From Myxococcota bacterium (GTDB taxonomy: Bacteria; Myxococcota_A; SURF-8): a stretch of 64,000 bases of DNA. The notes beneath the pieces are model-generated. The model did no database searches. It saw only the letters and a program-made list of their open reading frames with translations, and was not told where the DNA came from. The translations under genes and the position numbers were made by a program. The DNA lies in NCBI GenBank assembly GCA_963674735.2, contig CAXXQS010000001.1:1888001-1952000 (forward strand), given 5' to 3'. Position 1 is the first letter of the stretch; each line of letters opens with the position of its first letter. Positions 39,990-49,681 of the stretch are shown here, one piece after another.

Positions 39990-41585
39990 ATGAAAAACAA
40001 AGCAATCCATCTTCCGCTCGTCTTCCTGCTGATGCTCCTGCTCGTCCTCGGCATATCCTGCAAATCGGAGAGCGACGACTCCGACCCGACTTACCCGGCC
40101 GGGGATTCCGACTCAACAACGACCGATGGCGATCAGAATCCCAGCACGGGTGAAAATACGACCGGCACGGCCTGTGTCGCCAACTGTGAAGGAACCGATC
40201 AATATTGCCTGTCGCTCTCGAACGCGGTGGATTGCGATGGCTATTGCATGGCGGCCAGCGGCCAACAGGACGGCTTTTGCCTCGGACTGTGTGCGACCGG
40301 AACAGGCTGTCCGGCGCAAACCACCTGCTTGACCTGCGCCGACAAGGCCGAGTGGTCGGGGCATTGCGTCTACAACGACTTGCTGCCCTGGTTCAACAAC
40401 ATCTGCAACTCCGGCAGCGACGGCGACAACGATGCCCCCGATGGCGACGATCCCCTCGACGGCGACTCGGACGATCCCGTTGTTTACGGCTGCCAGACGG
40501 AAAATGATTGTGCGGATGGCGAGCACTGCGATCCGGCGACAAATAAATGCGCGACGGCCTGCGATCCCTACACCCGCGAATGCATGGGAGCCCAGGTTTG
40601 TCACGTGCTCCAGGAAGGCGAATTGGCCGGAGAAGGCGTGGCCATTTGCGTCGATCAAATCAGCTACGGTCGGGATGAGGGTCAGTTGTGCGTCGGCGGC
40701 CAACTCTGCAAACACCACTTGATCTGCTTCCTGAACGACCACTGCTCGACCGTCTGCGATCCGGATGGCGAGAACACCTGCCCCGACAACAAACTCTGCC
40801 ACCTGGATGACACCAGCGGCGTCGGCGTGTGCGAGCGCTGCTCGGACTTCGTCCCCTGCCCGGATGGCCAGGTCTGCGACGACGGCGTATGCGAAACCAA
40901 AATATCCTGCGATAGCTACGAAGACTGCACGCGCCCCATGACCTGCCTGTCGAATTACTGCCAGGACGGCTGTTCCATAACCGGTTGCATCAGCGGCTTC
41001 TGTAATGGCCTGACCGGCTATTGCGAAGAAACCTGCCTCCCCGCCTGCCCGGATGGCCAATGCTGCAACCAGGGCGAGTGCGGACCCTGCTGCGACCCAC
41101 CTTGCTATAATCGTGATATCTGCATCGAGGACGTCTCTTGCGCTCCCGACGCAACCTGTTGCTTTACACCGGAGGACTGCCGCGAGCAAACCGACCCGGA
41201 CGCTTGGTGCGAGGGCGATCTGATTTGCGACAACACCACCGGCGATTGCCGTCCGGAATGCCCGCCCGCCGGTTGCGGCTGGGGATATGTTTGCGGCATG
41301 GAAACCGGGTATGAGTGCGAACCGATCCCGCCCGAACCCTGCGACCCGCTAACGGCCTGCTCGGATTCGGCTTGTATGGTTTGCGCGTGGCTACAGGGTC
41401 AATGCGTTCCAAACGCCAGCGGAAATTGTCCGTTCAATTGCGTTCCGACCGGCGTGGGCTGCGGAACGGCTATCGGGCAAATGGCCTGCTGTATGGGCGA
41501 TACCTGCTGCACGGACGAATCGGGAATGTCGACCTGCTGCCCCTCCGGCAGTTGCGTCAGCGGCCAAGGCTGCCAGGCGCGTTAG
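39990..41585 (+). CDS. Cys-rich lipoprotein B, paralog of A
   Basis: GISC lipobox; DGD linkers; Cys spacing colinear with the upstream protein (CDP..C..CDPY..C...Q.C). Confidence 0.85.
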   Translation: MKNKAIHLPLVFLLMLLLVLGISCKSESDDSDPTYPAGDSDSTTTDGDQNPSTGENTTGTACVANCEGTDQYCLSLSNAVDCDGYCMAASGQQDGFCLGLCATGTGCPAQTTCLTCADKAEWSGHCVYNDLLPWFNNICNSGSDGDNDAPDGDDPLDGDSDDPVVYGCQTENDCADGEHCDPATNKCATACDPYTRECMGAQVCHVLQEGELAGEGVAICVDQISYGRDEGQLCVGGQLCKHHLICFLNDHCSTVCDPDGENTCPDNKLCHLDDTSGVGVCERCSDFVPCPDGQVCDDGVCETKISCDSYEDCTRPMTCLSNYCQDGCSITGCISGFCNGLTGYCEETCLPACPDGQCCNQGECGPCCDPPCYNRDICIEDVSCAPDATCCFTPEDCREQTDPDAWCEGDLICDNTTGDCRPECPPAGCGWGYVCGMETGYECEPIPPEPCDPLTACSDSACMVCAWLQGQCVPNASGNCPFNCVPTGVGCGTAIGQMACCMGDTCCTDESGMSTCCPSGSCVSGQGCQAR

Positions 41586-42898
41586 GCTGAGCGCCGGAGA
41601 CGCCGTTCGAGTTGCGTTCCCACAAGCGCAATCAAGGTCGATCCGGCTAACGCCCAGCCCAGGGCAAACGGCGTTTTCGACAGCGCTAAAATCAGACCGG
41701 TTGTCCCCCCGGCCATCATCGTAACAACTCCCGTTATTGCCGGTAAGGGTTTACGGATTAACAGCGCCGCGACAGCGGGAACGGCCAATCCGGACGTGTA
41801 AACCGTGTAACTGAGCAATAAAGCGGGGATAATGCCCCCCATCCAAAGCGCGATGGCGATCGAAATCAAGGCCAGAAACCCCGCCCACAAGCCGACGATA
41901 CGTGGTTGATCCCGCCGCATCAAATCGAACGAGACGATCGTGGCCGCCGACAACAAACAGGTATCGGCCGAACTGAGAATCGCCGCCGACAGTCCGATCA
42001 CCACGACCATGCGTCCCCAGCCGCCCCATTGCCACTCCGCCAACGCGATCCAGAGATTCTCGCCATCGATGCCCGGCAAAACGACCCGAGCCGTCAAGCC
42101 GACAAAGGTGATGCAAAGCGCCAGGATAAGGACACCCAAGGCGGCCAATCGAAGCGCTTGAACCCGGCCCGAGGGATGGTTAACGGTGAGCAATCGCGAG
42201 TAAATATCGGGGCCGATCAGGAACGGGAACCCGACAACCAAGGCGATTTCGAGCATGCGCAGGGGCGGCAACGACACAACCGGCACAGCCACTTGCCGCC
42301 CGACGTTCGCGCTCCCCCACAACGAACCGGCGATCAGAAGCACGATTCCGGCAAAAAGGGCAAACTGCCATTTGTCGGTCCTCAGCACGCCCCGCTGACC
42401 GGCCCAGAAAACATAGCCGCCCACTCCCACTCCCGCAAGAAGCGTCAAAACGGCACTCTCGACCGGATGACCGGCTCCGGCCAGCTTCCCCACCGCCGCC
42501 AGTTGCGCCGCGACAATGCCGACCCAGGCCGGAACGATCACCCCGGCGGCCGCCATGCGCATGTACGGTCCTCCCTGCAATCCCAACAAGTCGGGGAGAC
42601 TGAAAGCCCGGTCCATGGGCATGCGTGACACGAAGAACGAGAGAATCCACAAGGCGGCGGCGCCCGAGGCCAACCAAACCAGCGCGCTCCAACCATGCGC
42701 GTAAGCCAGTCCGGCCGTCCCCATGACGGCACTCGCACCGAAGATCGTCGCCAGCAACGAAGTGGCGGCCATAATCGGAGAGGCCGTCCGACCGGCAACC
42801 AGGTAATCGCCACTGGAACGGCGAGCCCGTCGCATCAGCCATCCCGCCAAGGGATGGAGCGCCAGCCAAAGCGCCAATACCCAGATTTCCCCTTGCAT
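41582..42898 (-). CDS. Sodium:solute symporter family protein
   Basis: DYLVAGR, SLLATIFGA, GVLRTDKWQ, SAAILSSADT; about 13 TM segments. Confidence 0.88.
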   Translation of the reverse strand: MQGEIWVLALWLALHPLAGWLMRRARRSSGDYLVAGRTASPIMAATSLLATIFGASAVMGTAGLAYAHGWSALVWLASGAAALWILSFFVSRMPMDRAFSLPDLLGLQGGPYMRMAAAGVIVPAWVGIVAAQLAAVGKLAGAGHPVESAVLTLLAGVGVGGYVFWAGQRGVLRTDKWQFALFAGIVLLIAGSLWGSANVGRQVAVPVVSLPPLRMLEIALVVGFPFLIGPDIYSRLLTVNHPSGRVQALRLAALGVLILALCITFVGLTARVVLPGIDGENLWIALAEWQWGGWGRMVVVIGLSAAILSSADTCLLSAATIVSFDLMRRDQPRIVGLWAGFLALISIAIALWMGGIIPALLLSYTVYTSGLAVPAVAALLIRKPLPAITGVVTMMAGGTTGLILALSKTPFALGWALAGSTLIALVGTQLERRLRRSA

Positions 42899-43223
42899 GC
42901 GCCAGCACCTCCGCCATCGCTGCGAAAACCCGCTGAGAACCCTTTACCTACCGATTGTGGCCGGGAGCATAGGCGCTGGAACAGGTGACTGTCAAATCGA
43001 ATCCGATCCCGCGCGGATCGGTCCAAGGGGCCAGGCGTCGAATGTGGGGAGAATCCTTGACAAGTCCTCAGAAATTCGGCTATTTTTCACTTGTTCCTAA
43101 GGTGATCGCCACGGACACGACAACCTGGACTATTCAGAACCAAACCCTTTTGTTTCTTTGAGTCGTCTTCTCGAAGATCGGCGGGGGGCTGAGGTCCAGT
43201 TAATAAAAGGGAAATACCCTGCA

Positions 43224-45092
43224 ATGTCAGAACGTTCTATCCACACATCGTCCAAATGGCATCTGCCCGTCCTCCTTTCATTGTGCCTTTCCCTCCTCCT
43301 ATCGGCCTGCTTTTACGGATCGCCGGAAGAGGAAAGCTCCGATCCGCAATCAACCATTGTGGTGAAATCGGACGATTCCGGCATCCTGACATCGCCCGAT
43401 GGCCGGGTGTACGTACAATTCGAAGCCGGAACCGTTTTACGGCCGACAACTTTTTCCGTAACCGAACTCGACCGGTCCCAATACCCCGATCAACCGTGGC
43501 TGCAGAGTAAGGTTTACATGATCGAGCCGTCTTTGCCGCTTGAAAAGGCCGTCACCGTTACCGTCGATATCAAAGGACTGGAAGGCCAAGGGGTCGACAT
43601 CGCCACGCTCTACAACCTCGACGCGCTGGCCTTGCGCAAAATCCGGCCGCTTATGCGGCCCGAGTATGTCTCGGTTCTCGAAACCAACATGGACCACTCC
43701 GATGGCACCAAACACCGGGTGCTTCTGCACCAGACCGATCAACTCGGCGCTTTCGGCGTCTATGTTCACGATTGTTTCCTGATGTGCCGCAAAATCATCG
43801 AATGCCCAAGCTACACCCTCGAACCCGATACGCCCATCCGCGAACAGATCTTGAGCTGCATGTCGGAGAATGGCTGCCCGGGCGAACTGGAATCCATCAA
43901 CAGCGACGACATGGCCGCAACCTTCGACTGCGCCTGGAACCGCTCGTGTGCGGATGCCTATGGATGCTGCCAGGAAGAAAACCACTGCAGCAGCGCTCCG
44001 GATGGAGATGATCCCGATGGCGACGATCCGACCGACGGTGACACGGACGGCGACACCGACGGCGACACCGACGGCGACACCGATGGCGACACCGATGGCG
44101 ACACGGACGGCGATACCGATGGTGACACGGACGGGGACACCGATGGCGATGACGACGATACCATCAGTTTCGATCCCCTGACCTGCAACGGCAATCCCGA
44201 ATGCCCCGACGGCTGGGACTGCATCTATGAGGAATCGATCGATATCACCACCGGTTATTGCATGCGCCTCGCCTCGCAGGCCATCGCCACCTACTCCTTT
44301 AGCGGAACCAGTTGGGATTACGCCGAAATGGTTCCCGATCTCACCTGCGTCGGACAGGATCCCGTCGCGGGCGGGCAGGGACCGGCGTTCTTCACGCTGC
44401 GCGTCCAGGTCGCTCCCTGGTGGCAACTGGAAGACAAATCCAGCATCCAAGTGAAAATGTTCCGAGCCACCAATCTCGACGTTCCCTTCATCAGCGGCGT
44501 TACCAACGAAAACGGAACGGTCGATTTCACTCAGATTTACCCGGACGAATGGTTCATGCTGCGCTCCGAACGGCTCCCGCCCGACGACCGCATCGTGCCC
44601 ACTTACGATTGGGGTCTCTTCATCCCCAAATCGGTCGCCAAAACCTACACCGATCAATCCGAGCCGGTTCCGATTACCATTCATCCATTGGACGAAACGC
44701 GGTATAACGCCTTTGCCCAGTCACTCGGTTTTTCGGAAGGCATGCCCCTTGGCTACGGCATGGTGATCGGCCAGGTTTTGGACTGCCATGCAAATCCGTA
44801 TGCCCTGGCCAACGTCGGCATCGGCTTCAAGGAAGCCTCTCCCGCTGTCATGGGCTATTTCAACAACCAGGTCGACTATCCGTCACCGATGATGTTGCAA
44901 ACCGCAACCAATAAAAACGGTTTATTTGTCGGGTTATATATGCCGCCACAGGACAATCTGACAGCCTTCGCCTTCGGACAGCTATCCGAAGGTGGCGGGT
45001 TGTATTCCATCCTGACCGGTCACACCGAACCGTTCCAATTCACCTTGAAACGGGATTCGGTGAGCATAATCCGATTCAACCAGACTTACTGA
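43224..45092 (+). CDS. Lipoprotein with ZU5-like domain, Cys-rich module, (TDGD)10 linker and beta-sandwich C-terminus
   Basis: LSAC lipobox; GILTSPDG..TFSVTE..VYMIEP; TDGD repeats. Confidence 0.75.
   Translation: MSERSIHTSSKWHLPVLLSLCLSLLLSACFYGSPEEESSDPQSTIVVKSDDSGILTSPDGRVYVQFEAGTVLRPTTFSVTELDRSQYPDQPWLQSKVYMIEPSLPLEKAVTVTVDIKGLEGQGVDIATLYNLDALALRKIRPLMRPEYVSVLETNMDHSDGTKHRVLLHQTDQLGAFGVYVHDCFLMCRKIIECPSYTLEPDTPIREQILSCMSENGCPGELESINSDDMAATFDCAWNRSCADAYGCCQEENHCSSAPDGDDPDGDDPTDGDTDGDTDGDTDGDTDGDTDGDTDGDTDGDTDGDTDGDDDDTISFDPLTCNGNPECPDGWDCIYEESIDITTGYCMRLASQAIATYSFSGTSWDYAEMVPDLTCVGQDPVAGGQGPAFFTLRVQVAPWWQLEDKSSIQVKMFRATNLDVPFISGVTNENGTVDFTQIYPDEWFMLRSERLPPDDRIVPTYDWGLFIPKSVAKTYTDQSEPVPITIHPLDETRYNAFAQSLGFSEGMPLGYGMVIGQVLDCHANPYALANVGIGFKEASPAVMGYFNNQVDYPSPMMLQTATNKNGLFVGLYMPPQDNLTAFAFGQLSEGGGLYSILTGHTEPFQFTLKRDSVSIIRFNQTY
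44031..44150 (+). repeat. Ten 12-bp tandem repeats encoding TDGD
   Basis: AC(C/G)GA(C/T)GG(C/T/G)GA(C/T) x10, variation only at third codon positions. Confidence 0.95.
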
Positions 45093-45159
45093 GATTCCGT
45101 TCCGGCCATGTAACGGCCGGATCGGCGAGCGCGCATTGTGTGTTTGAAAGGAGTTTTCC

Positions 45160-48036
45160 ATGCGATTTCAATGGACTGGGGTTTTGTTGGCGTGTGCCGT
45201 TCTGGCAGCCTTCTGTTTTGCCTGTGCCGGAGGGAGCGATTCCGGAATCCTGAATATGGGCGATGACGATGCCGAAGGAGATGGCGACGCAGACGACGAA
45301 ATCGCCAATGAAGACGGTGATGACTTGCCGGACGGTGACACGGATGGCGATGGCGAAGAAACCGAAGCCCTGCCCACCGAAACCAAATGCGATGTGGACC
45401 GGCATAACAACGACCGCATCGTGACGTCCAAAGACGGCGGCACCACCCAGGTTTGCATTCCCGGCGATCCACTGGACGGCGTGAAAGTCAAAATCCTCCC
45501 CGATGCTTTGAAAGACGACATCAATGTGACGCTCTCCATCACTGACAATTTCGACGTGGACGACTGGGTCGCGGTCGGACCCGCCATTTATTTCGAAGCC
45601 ACTCCCCTTGAAAATGATGGCGAAGTCCTGCTGGAAGAGAATGCCGAATTCGCGATTCCCTTCAAAGTGTCGCAACTTCCGGAACTCGCCGAAAACTTCC
45701 ACATCAACGTAGCCGTGGTGCTGGATCCGAAAACCGGTGTTGAGAACGGCGACGATAACGCACCGCTTTTCATCCCGAAATCGCCCTCTCTCATTCGCAT
45801 CGACCGCGAACGTGAGTTGCTGATTTTCCCCTACTGGTATTTCGGCACCATCCAGGCGATGGTCCCGGCGGAAATTTTGCCCCCCACCACACGTCATTTC
45901 ACCTACAAAGCCGTCAGCGGCGTTTCCATGGGCGGCATCGGATCGTCCATCACGGGCTTCCGCTACCCCGATCGTTTCGACATTCTCGGCCCGCTGGGCG
46001 GATCGATGAACATGGGCTATCTGCTCAACATGATGCATGATCTCCACCTCGGCGGATTCTGCGATTACGACACCATCACCGGAGCGGCCGATATCGACGC
46101 GTTCGTCACGGATACCACGCAGCAATGCGGTTGGTGCGGCCCCCAGCACGACCCGGAAGACTGGTCCAACCCGGGAACCTACTGCTATATGGTCGAACCG
46201 CGCAGTCAATACCCGGACGAGCACGCCCAGGGTTACAACCACTGGTATTACGACGACGACGGCGGCAACTTCAACCGGTCGAGCTATATGGACATTTTCC
46301 GCGACCTGGCCTATGCCTTCGGAAATCCGACGAATTACAACCCGGCCTCTCCCTATCTGCCTGTCGGTCTGGGCGGCGAGCGCGTTGTCGATCAGGATCG
46401 CCTGCAAACCTACCTCGACACCATCTACGACAAAGACCAACAAGCTCATGGATGTGCTGAATTGGCCACCTGGATGGCATCGGACCCGCTCACGGAACTC
46501 TTCGATCACGAGTACAACCCCGAGGGTCTGTATCCGGCCATTTATTACTGCGACGGAACCAGCCAGCGCAATGGCCATTGGGACCCGGATGACAGCGGTG
46601 CCCGCTCCCGCCGGATGGATATCGGCATCGCCATCGATTTCAACGAAAACGGTGTGCGCGACTACGGCGAGCCGGTGATTCGCCAGTTCTGGGAACCCTA
46701 CGAAGATTGCGGCCTCGACGGACTGTGCGACGAAAACGAAACCGGCTACAATGCCGACAGCAATCCCGATCCCGCCGGTGACAACTACCACCCCTTCGAC
46801 AATCCCACCGGCACGGAAGAAAACGGTTTCTGGGACGGTCCGGCAGGCAGCGACCCCGGCGAAACCTACCAGGACTTGGGCTTGGACGGCGTCGCGTGCC
46901 CGGTCGTCGGGGAGAGCACACCGCAAGCCATTAAAGCCACCTGCCCCTACGATTACGGTGAAGGCAACGGACAATTCGATCTCAATCCCAATATCGAAAC
47001 GTACTTCGCTCACGATCCCCTGCTGAATGCGAAAGGCTTGACGGACGAACAGGTCAAGCGCCTCAATATCTGGTTCGACGGCGGCATCCGGGATATCTTC
47101 AATTTCCTGGTCATGGCCGATGGCGTGGCGATGCAGTTCAACACGCAATCCGAGCCGCTCAACCTGCCGGTTAAAAAATACCAGCGCTACACCTCGCTGA
47201 TGGATCCCGTTCAGGATAACATCAACAGCTTCAACTTCTTGCGAGTCAATTACGCCGGACTCGGCCAGAACGTTTTGATGCGCTACGGCGACTACGATGC
47301 CACCGACGCGATGATCGCCGGAGGCGATGGGCGTCACGTGGGCTACATTCCGCAGCTCTTCTTCCGTATCCAGACCTTCTTCTCCTTCGCCAATCACCAC
47401 TTCGCGAATGGCGATTTCGAACCCGTCGAATCGAGTTCGTTGACCGACCTTCTCTTCAGTTCGATGTATGATTCGGATGTGCTGGGCCGGAAAGCGCGCT
47501 ATTCCGTCGCCCTGCCCCCCGGTTACTATTCCAACAATCAGGACGGAGCCGACGGCGCACCGGACACCTGCGTCAACCGCTATCCGGTCATCTATCTCGG
47601 ACACGGCTACGGAATGGATCCGCAAGGCATGGCGGGCGCGTTGACATTGTTCATGAGCTATATGTCGGACGGAATTTTCCAGAAAATGATCACCGTCTTC
47701 CCCGACGGCGAATGCTACGACCAGGGTACCTGCCGAGGCGACTGCAACAGCCAATGCAACAATGTTTCCGCCGCCGACAAACCGGCTTGCCTGGACGCCT
47801 GTTACACGGAACGCGGATGCGACGATGTGATTACGGAATGTGTCAGAGGCAATTTCTACGTCAACCACGTCGTATCGGCGGCGAACCCCGTCGACGGCAT
47901 GTCGACCGGCGGCTTGCACGAAGTCCAGACCGAAGACAGCCTGCTTGAACTGATGGACTACATCGACAGTCATTATTGCACCAAAGAACCGGAAGACGTG
48001 CAGGTCGACGGCGCGACCTTGGATGGTTTGTACTAA
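45160..48036 (+). CDS. Lipoprotein esterase (PF00756-like alpha/beta hydrolase), apparently circularly permuted
   Basis: CFAC lipobox, DGD linker, ZU5-like domain, then GVSMGG..YPDRF, IWFDGGIRD, GDGRH, followed by LPPGY, YPVIYLGHG, VFPDG, ELMDYIDSHY. Confidence 0.75.
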   Translation: MRFQWTGVLLACAVLAAFCFACAGGSDSGILNMGDDDAEGDGDADDEIANEDGDDLPDGDTDGDGEETEALPTETKCDVDRHNNDRIVTSKDGGTTQVCIPGDPLDGVKVKILPDALKDDINVTLSITDNFDVDDWVAVGPAIYFEATPLENDGEVLLEENAEFAIPFKVSQLPELAENFHINVAVVLDPKTGVENGDDNAPLFIPKSPSLIRIDRERELLIFPYWYFGTIQAMVPAEILPPTTRHFTYKAVSGVSMGGIGSSITGFRYPDRFDILGPLGGSMNMGYLLNMMHDLHLGGFCDYDTITGAADIDAFVTDTTQQCGWCGPQHDPEDWSNPGTYCYMVEPRSQYPDEHAQGYNHWYYDDDGGNFNRSSYMDIFRDLAYAFGNPTNYNPASPYLPVGLGGERVVDQDRLQTYLDTIYDKDQQAHGCAELATWMASDPLTELFDHEYNPEGLYPAIYYCDGTSQRNGHWDPDDSGARSRRMDIGIAIDFNENGVRDYGEPVIRQFWEPYEDCGLDGLCDENETGYNADSNPDPAGDNYHPFDNPTGTEENGFWDGPAGSDPGETYQDLGLDGVACPVVGESTPQAIKATCPYDYGEGNGQFDLNPNIETYFAHDPLLNAKGLTDEQVKRLNIWFDGGIRDIFNFLVMADGVAMQFNTQSEPLNLPVKKYQRYTSLMDPVQDNINSFNFLRVNYAGLGQNVLMRYGDYDATDAMIAGGDGRHVGYIPQLFFRIQTFFSFANHHFANGDFEPVESSSLTDLLFSSMYDSDVLGRKARYSVALPPGYYSNNQDGADGAPDTCVNRYPVIYLGHGYGMDPQGMAGALTLFMSYMSDGIFQKMITVFPDGECYDQGTCRGDCNSQCNNVSAADKPACLDACYTERGCDDVITECVRGNFYVNHVVSAANPVDGMSTGGLHEVQTEDSLLELMDYIDSHYCTKEPEDVQVDGATLDGLY

Positions 48037-48078
48037 CGCGAACACGGAAGCGTGCGTTCCGTTCCGGAGCGCGACGCC

Positions 48079-48771
48079 ATGATTTCGGCGGCCTGCGACT
48101 TGGCTGTTATGGCCGCCATGAGTATGGAACTTCAGGCGGTTCGGGAAGGGTTTCCTCTTCTGGAAACCCTCCCTTCCGCTGGTTCGAATTGGGAAATCCG
48201 CGAAACTCCTACCCAAGATAAATTATGGATCGCGCGTTGCGGAGTCGGCGCCAAGCACGCGGACGGATTGCTCGCGACTTTGCGACAGCGCTCATCCATC
48301 AACCGCGTGCTGCTGGTCGGCTGTGCCGGAGGACTGGACCCTGCGCTCTCCGCCGGACAGGCCGTGATCGCCAGCGAATGCCGAAATTTATCGAGCGGCG
48401 TCACGCATTTTTCCGACCCGGCGCTGGTTGAGCAGCTTCAAGCCCTTCTTCCCCTAGCTCAAAAAGGCGGCATGGCAACCACGTCCCGAGTTTTGGCGTC
48501 CGCCCGGGAAAAGAGCGATCTCTTCAACGACACCGGATTTTTAGCGGTCGACATGGAAGCCGCCCTGCTGGCGGAAAAATCCGCCACGCACAAATTGGCC
48601 TTTGCCTGCCTGAAAATGGTTTCGGATTGCGCCCATGAAACCCTGCTCCTGGAAAACTCCCCAGCCACGCAACCCGACACCCCGCTGACCCTTGCCGACT
48701 TCGATCATCGACTGCGCTCGATTGCGTCGATGATCGCCGACCTGCTGGCCGCCCTTACAAACCCATTCTGA
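48079..48771 (+). CDS. Nucleoside phosphorylase-fold protein (MTA/SAH nucleosidase / HpnG-like)
   Basis: AAMSMEL, CGVG, GCAGGL, AVDMEAA, KMVSD. Confidence 0.8.
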   Translation: MISAACDLAVMAAMSMELQAVREGFPLLETLPSAGSNWEIRETPTQDKLWIARCGVGAKHADGLLATLRQRSSINRVLLVGCAGGLDPALSAGQAVIASECRNLSSGVTHFSDPALVEQLQALLPLAQKGGMATTSRVLASAREKSDLFNDTGFLAVDMEAALLAEKSATHKLAFACLKMVSDCAHETLLLENSPATQPDTPLTLADFDHRLRSIASMIADLLAALTNPF

Positions 48772-49681
48772 TTCATTTATAATTCACGCATGGCGAGGCC
48801 GACGGGTATTGCATCGACACGACCACACCCGGAGCGCCGTGGGGAATGTCGCGCTTTGCCGCCCTCCATTTCCGAGGGGTCACTCTGCAAGGACTTGTTA
48901 TTACACAGGATACACGCTGTTTCGCCGGTATTTTCCAGCCCGACTCCAACCCTGTAACGGCGATTCGACAATAACCGAATCATTTCAACAGGATAGCAGC
49001 CCTTCTCTTGAATGTTTTTAATATATTATACTTAATATTTCTTAGAGCCGAGCGTTTGTCGGTCCCCGTCGAGTCGCGTTCGTCCGCTTCCAATACATTG
49101 GCGTTTGCTCTATCTCGTCGAGATCATTCATGATTGCGCGTGTGTGATGCGGCCGCTACCCGGAATCGACCCCGCGGCGGCAGCTCGTCCAGCGGCGGCG
49201 AATGTGACGTATTACGGCACTCCTAGCATTCCCATCGGCTTACAGTTTTCGGCCCTGTTTCGACGCCGAAAAAGTCAATGATTTCGCGAAAAGGAAAAAA
49301 TCGTTCCGAAAAACGGCGCAACGGGCGCAGTGAGCGCATCGGGCGCATTCCAAAACGTAGGAGGCAAAGCGGCAGGAATTGGCACTGCGCAACCGAAATG
49401 GACGCTTCGACCCAAAACACCTGTCACGGCAACGAGACGAAAGCACGCAGCAAGCGAATGAGAGACCAAAACAAAGGAAGTTTTTCCACGCTGGACGTTG
49501 AAACAAACAAGCGCATCAGCCCCTAGGCTCCAGCTTAAAGCCACGATTGCAGGGACCGAAAGCAGAGCCGAAAGACCCTAAAAATGACGTTGAATGACTT
49601 GACTTTCCGCGAGATTGCGTTAGGTTGAAGAAGAGTTTGTACTGGGAATTTTGTGAACGATGTATTGGAGGGAGGTCACGC

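Noticed and set aside
44031-44150. Tandem repeats as a possible CRISPR array
   Set aside because: 12-bp in-frame coding units with no spacers and no cas genes
45076-48216. 1046-aa minus-strand ORF, and similar long antisense ORFs at 14788-16575, 38053-40119, 49694-51040 and 56730-58130
   Set aside because: They mirror well-supported genes on the other strand, show no motifs and are expected from GC-rich codon bias
49011-49036. AT-rich stretch as a chromosomal dif site or oriC unwinding element
   Set aside because: The TAA/TTA arms are only 4 bp apart, the XerD arm match is poor, and I saw no DnaA-box cluster
49240-49506. 88-aa ORF containing CARCAHCARCA, as a possible RiPP or metallothionein
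   Set aside because: No RBS, atypical composition and no modifying enzymes nearby; the pattern follows from the 9-bp DNA repeat
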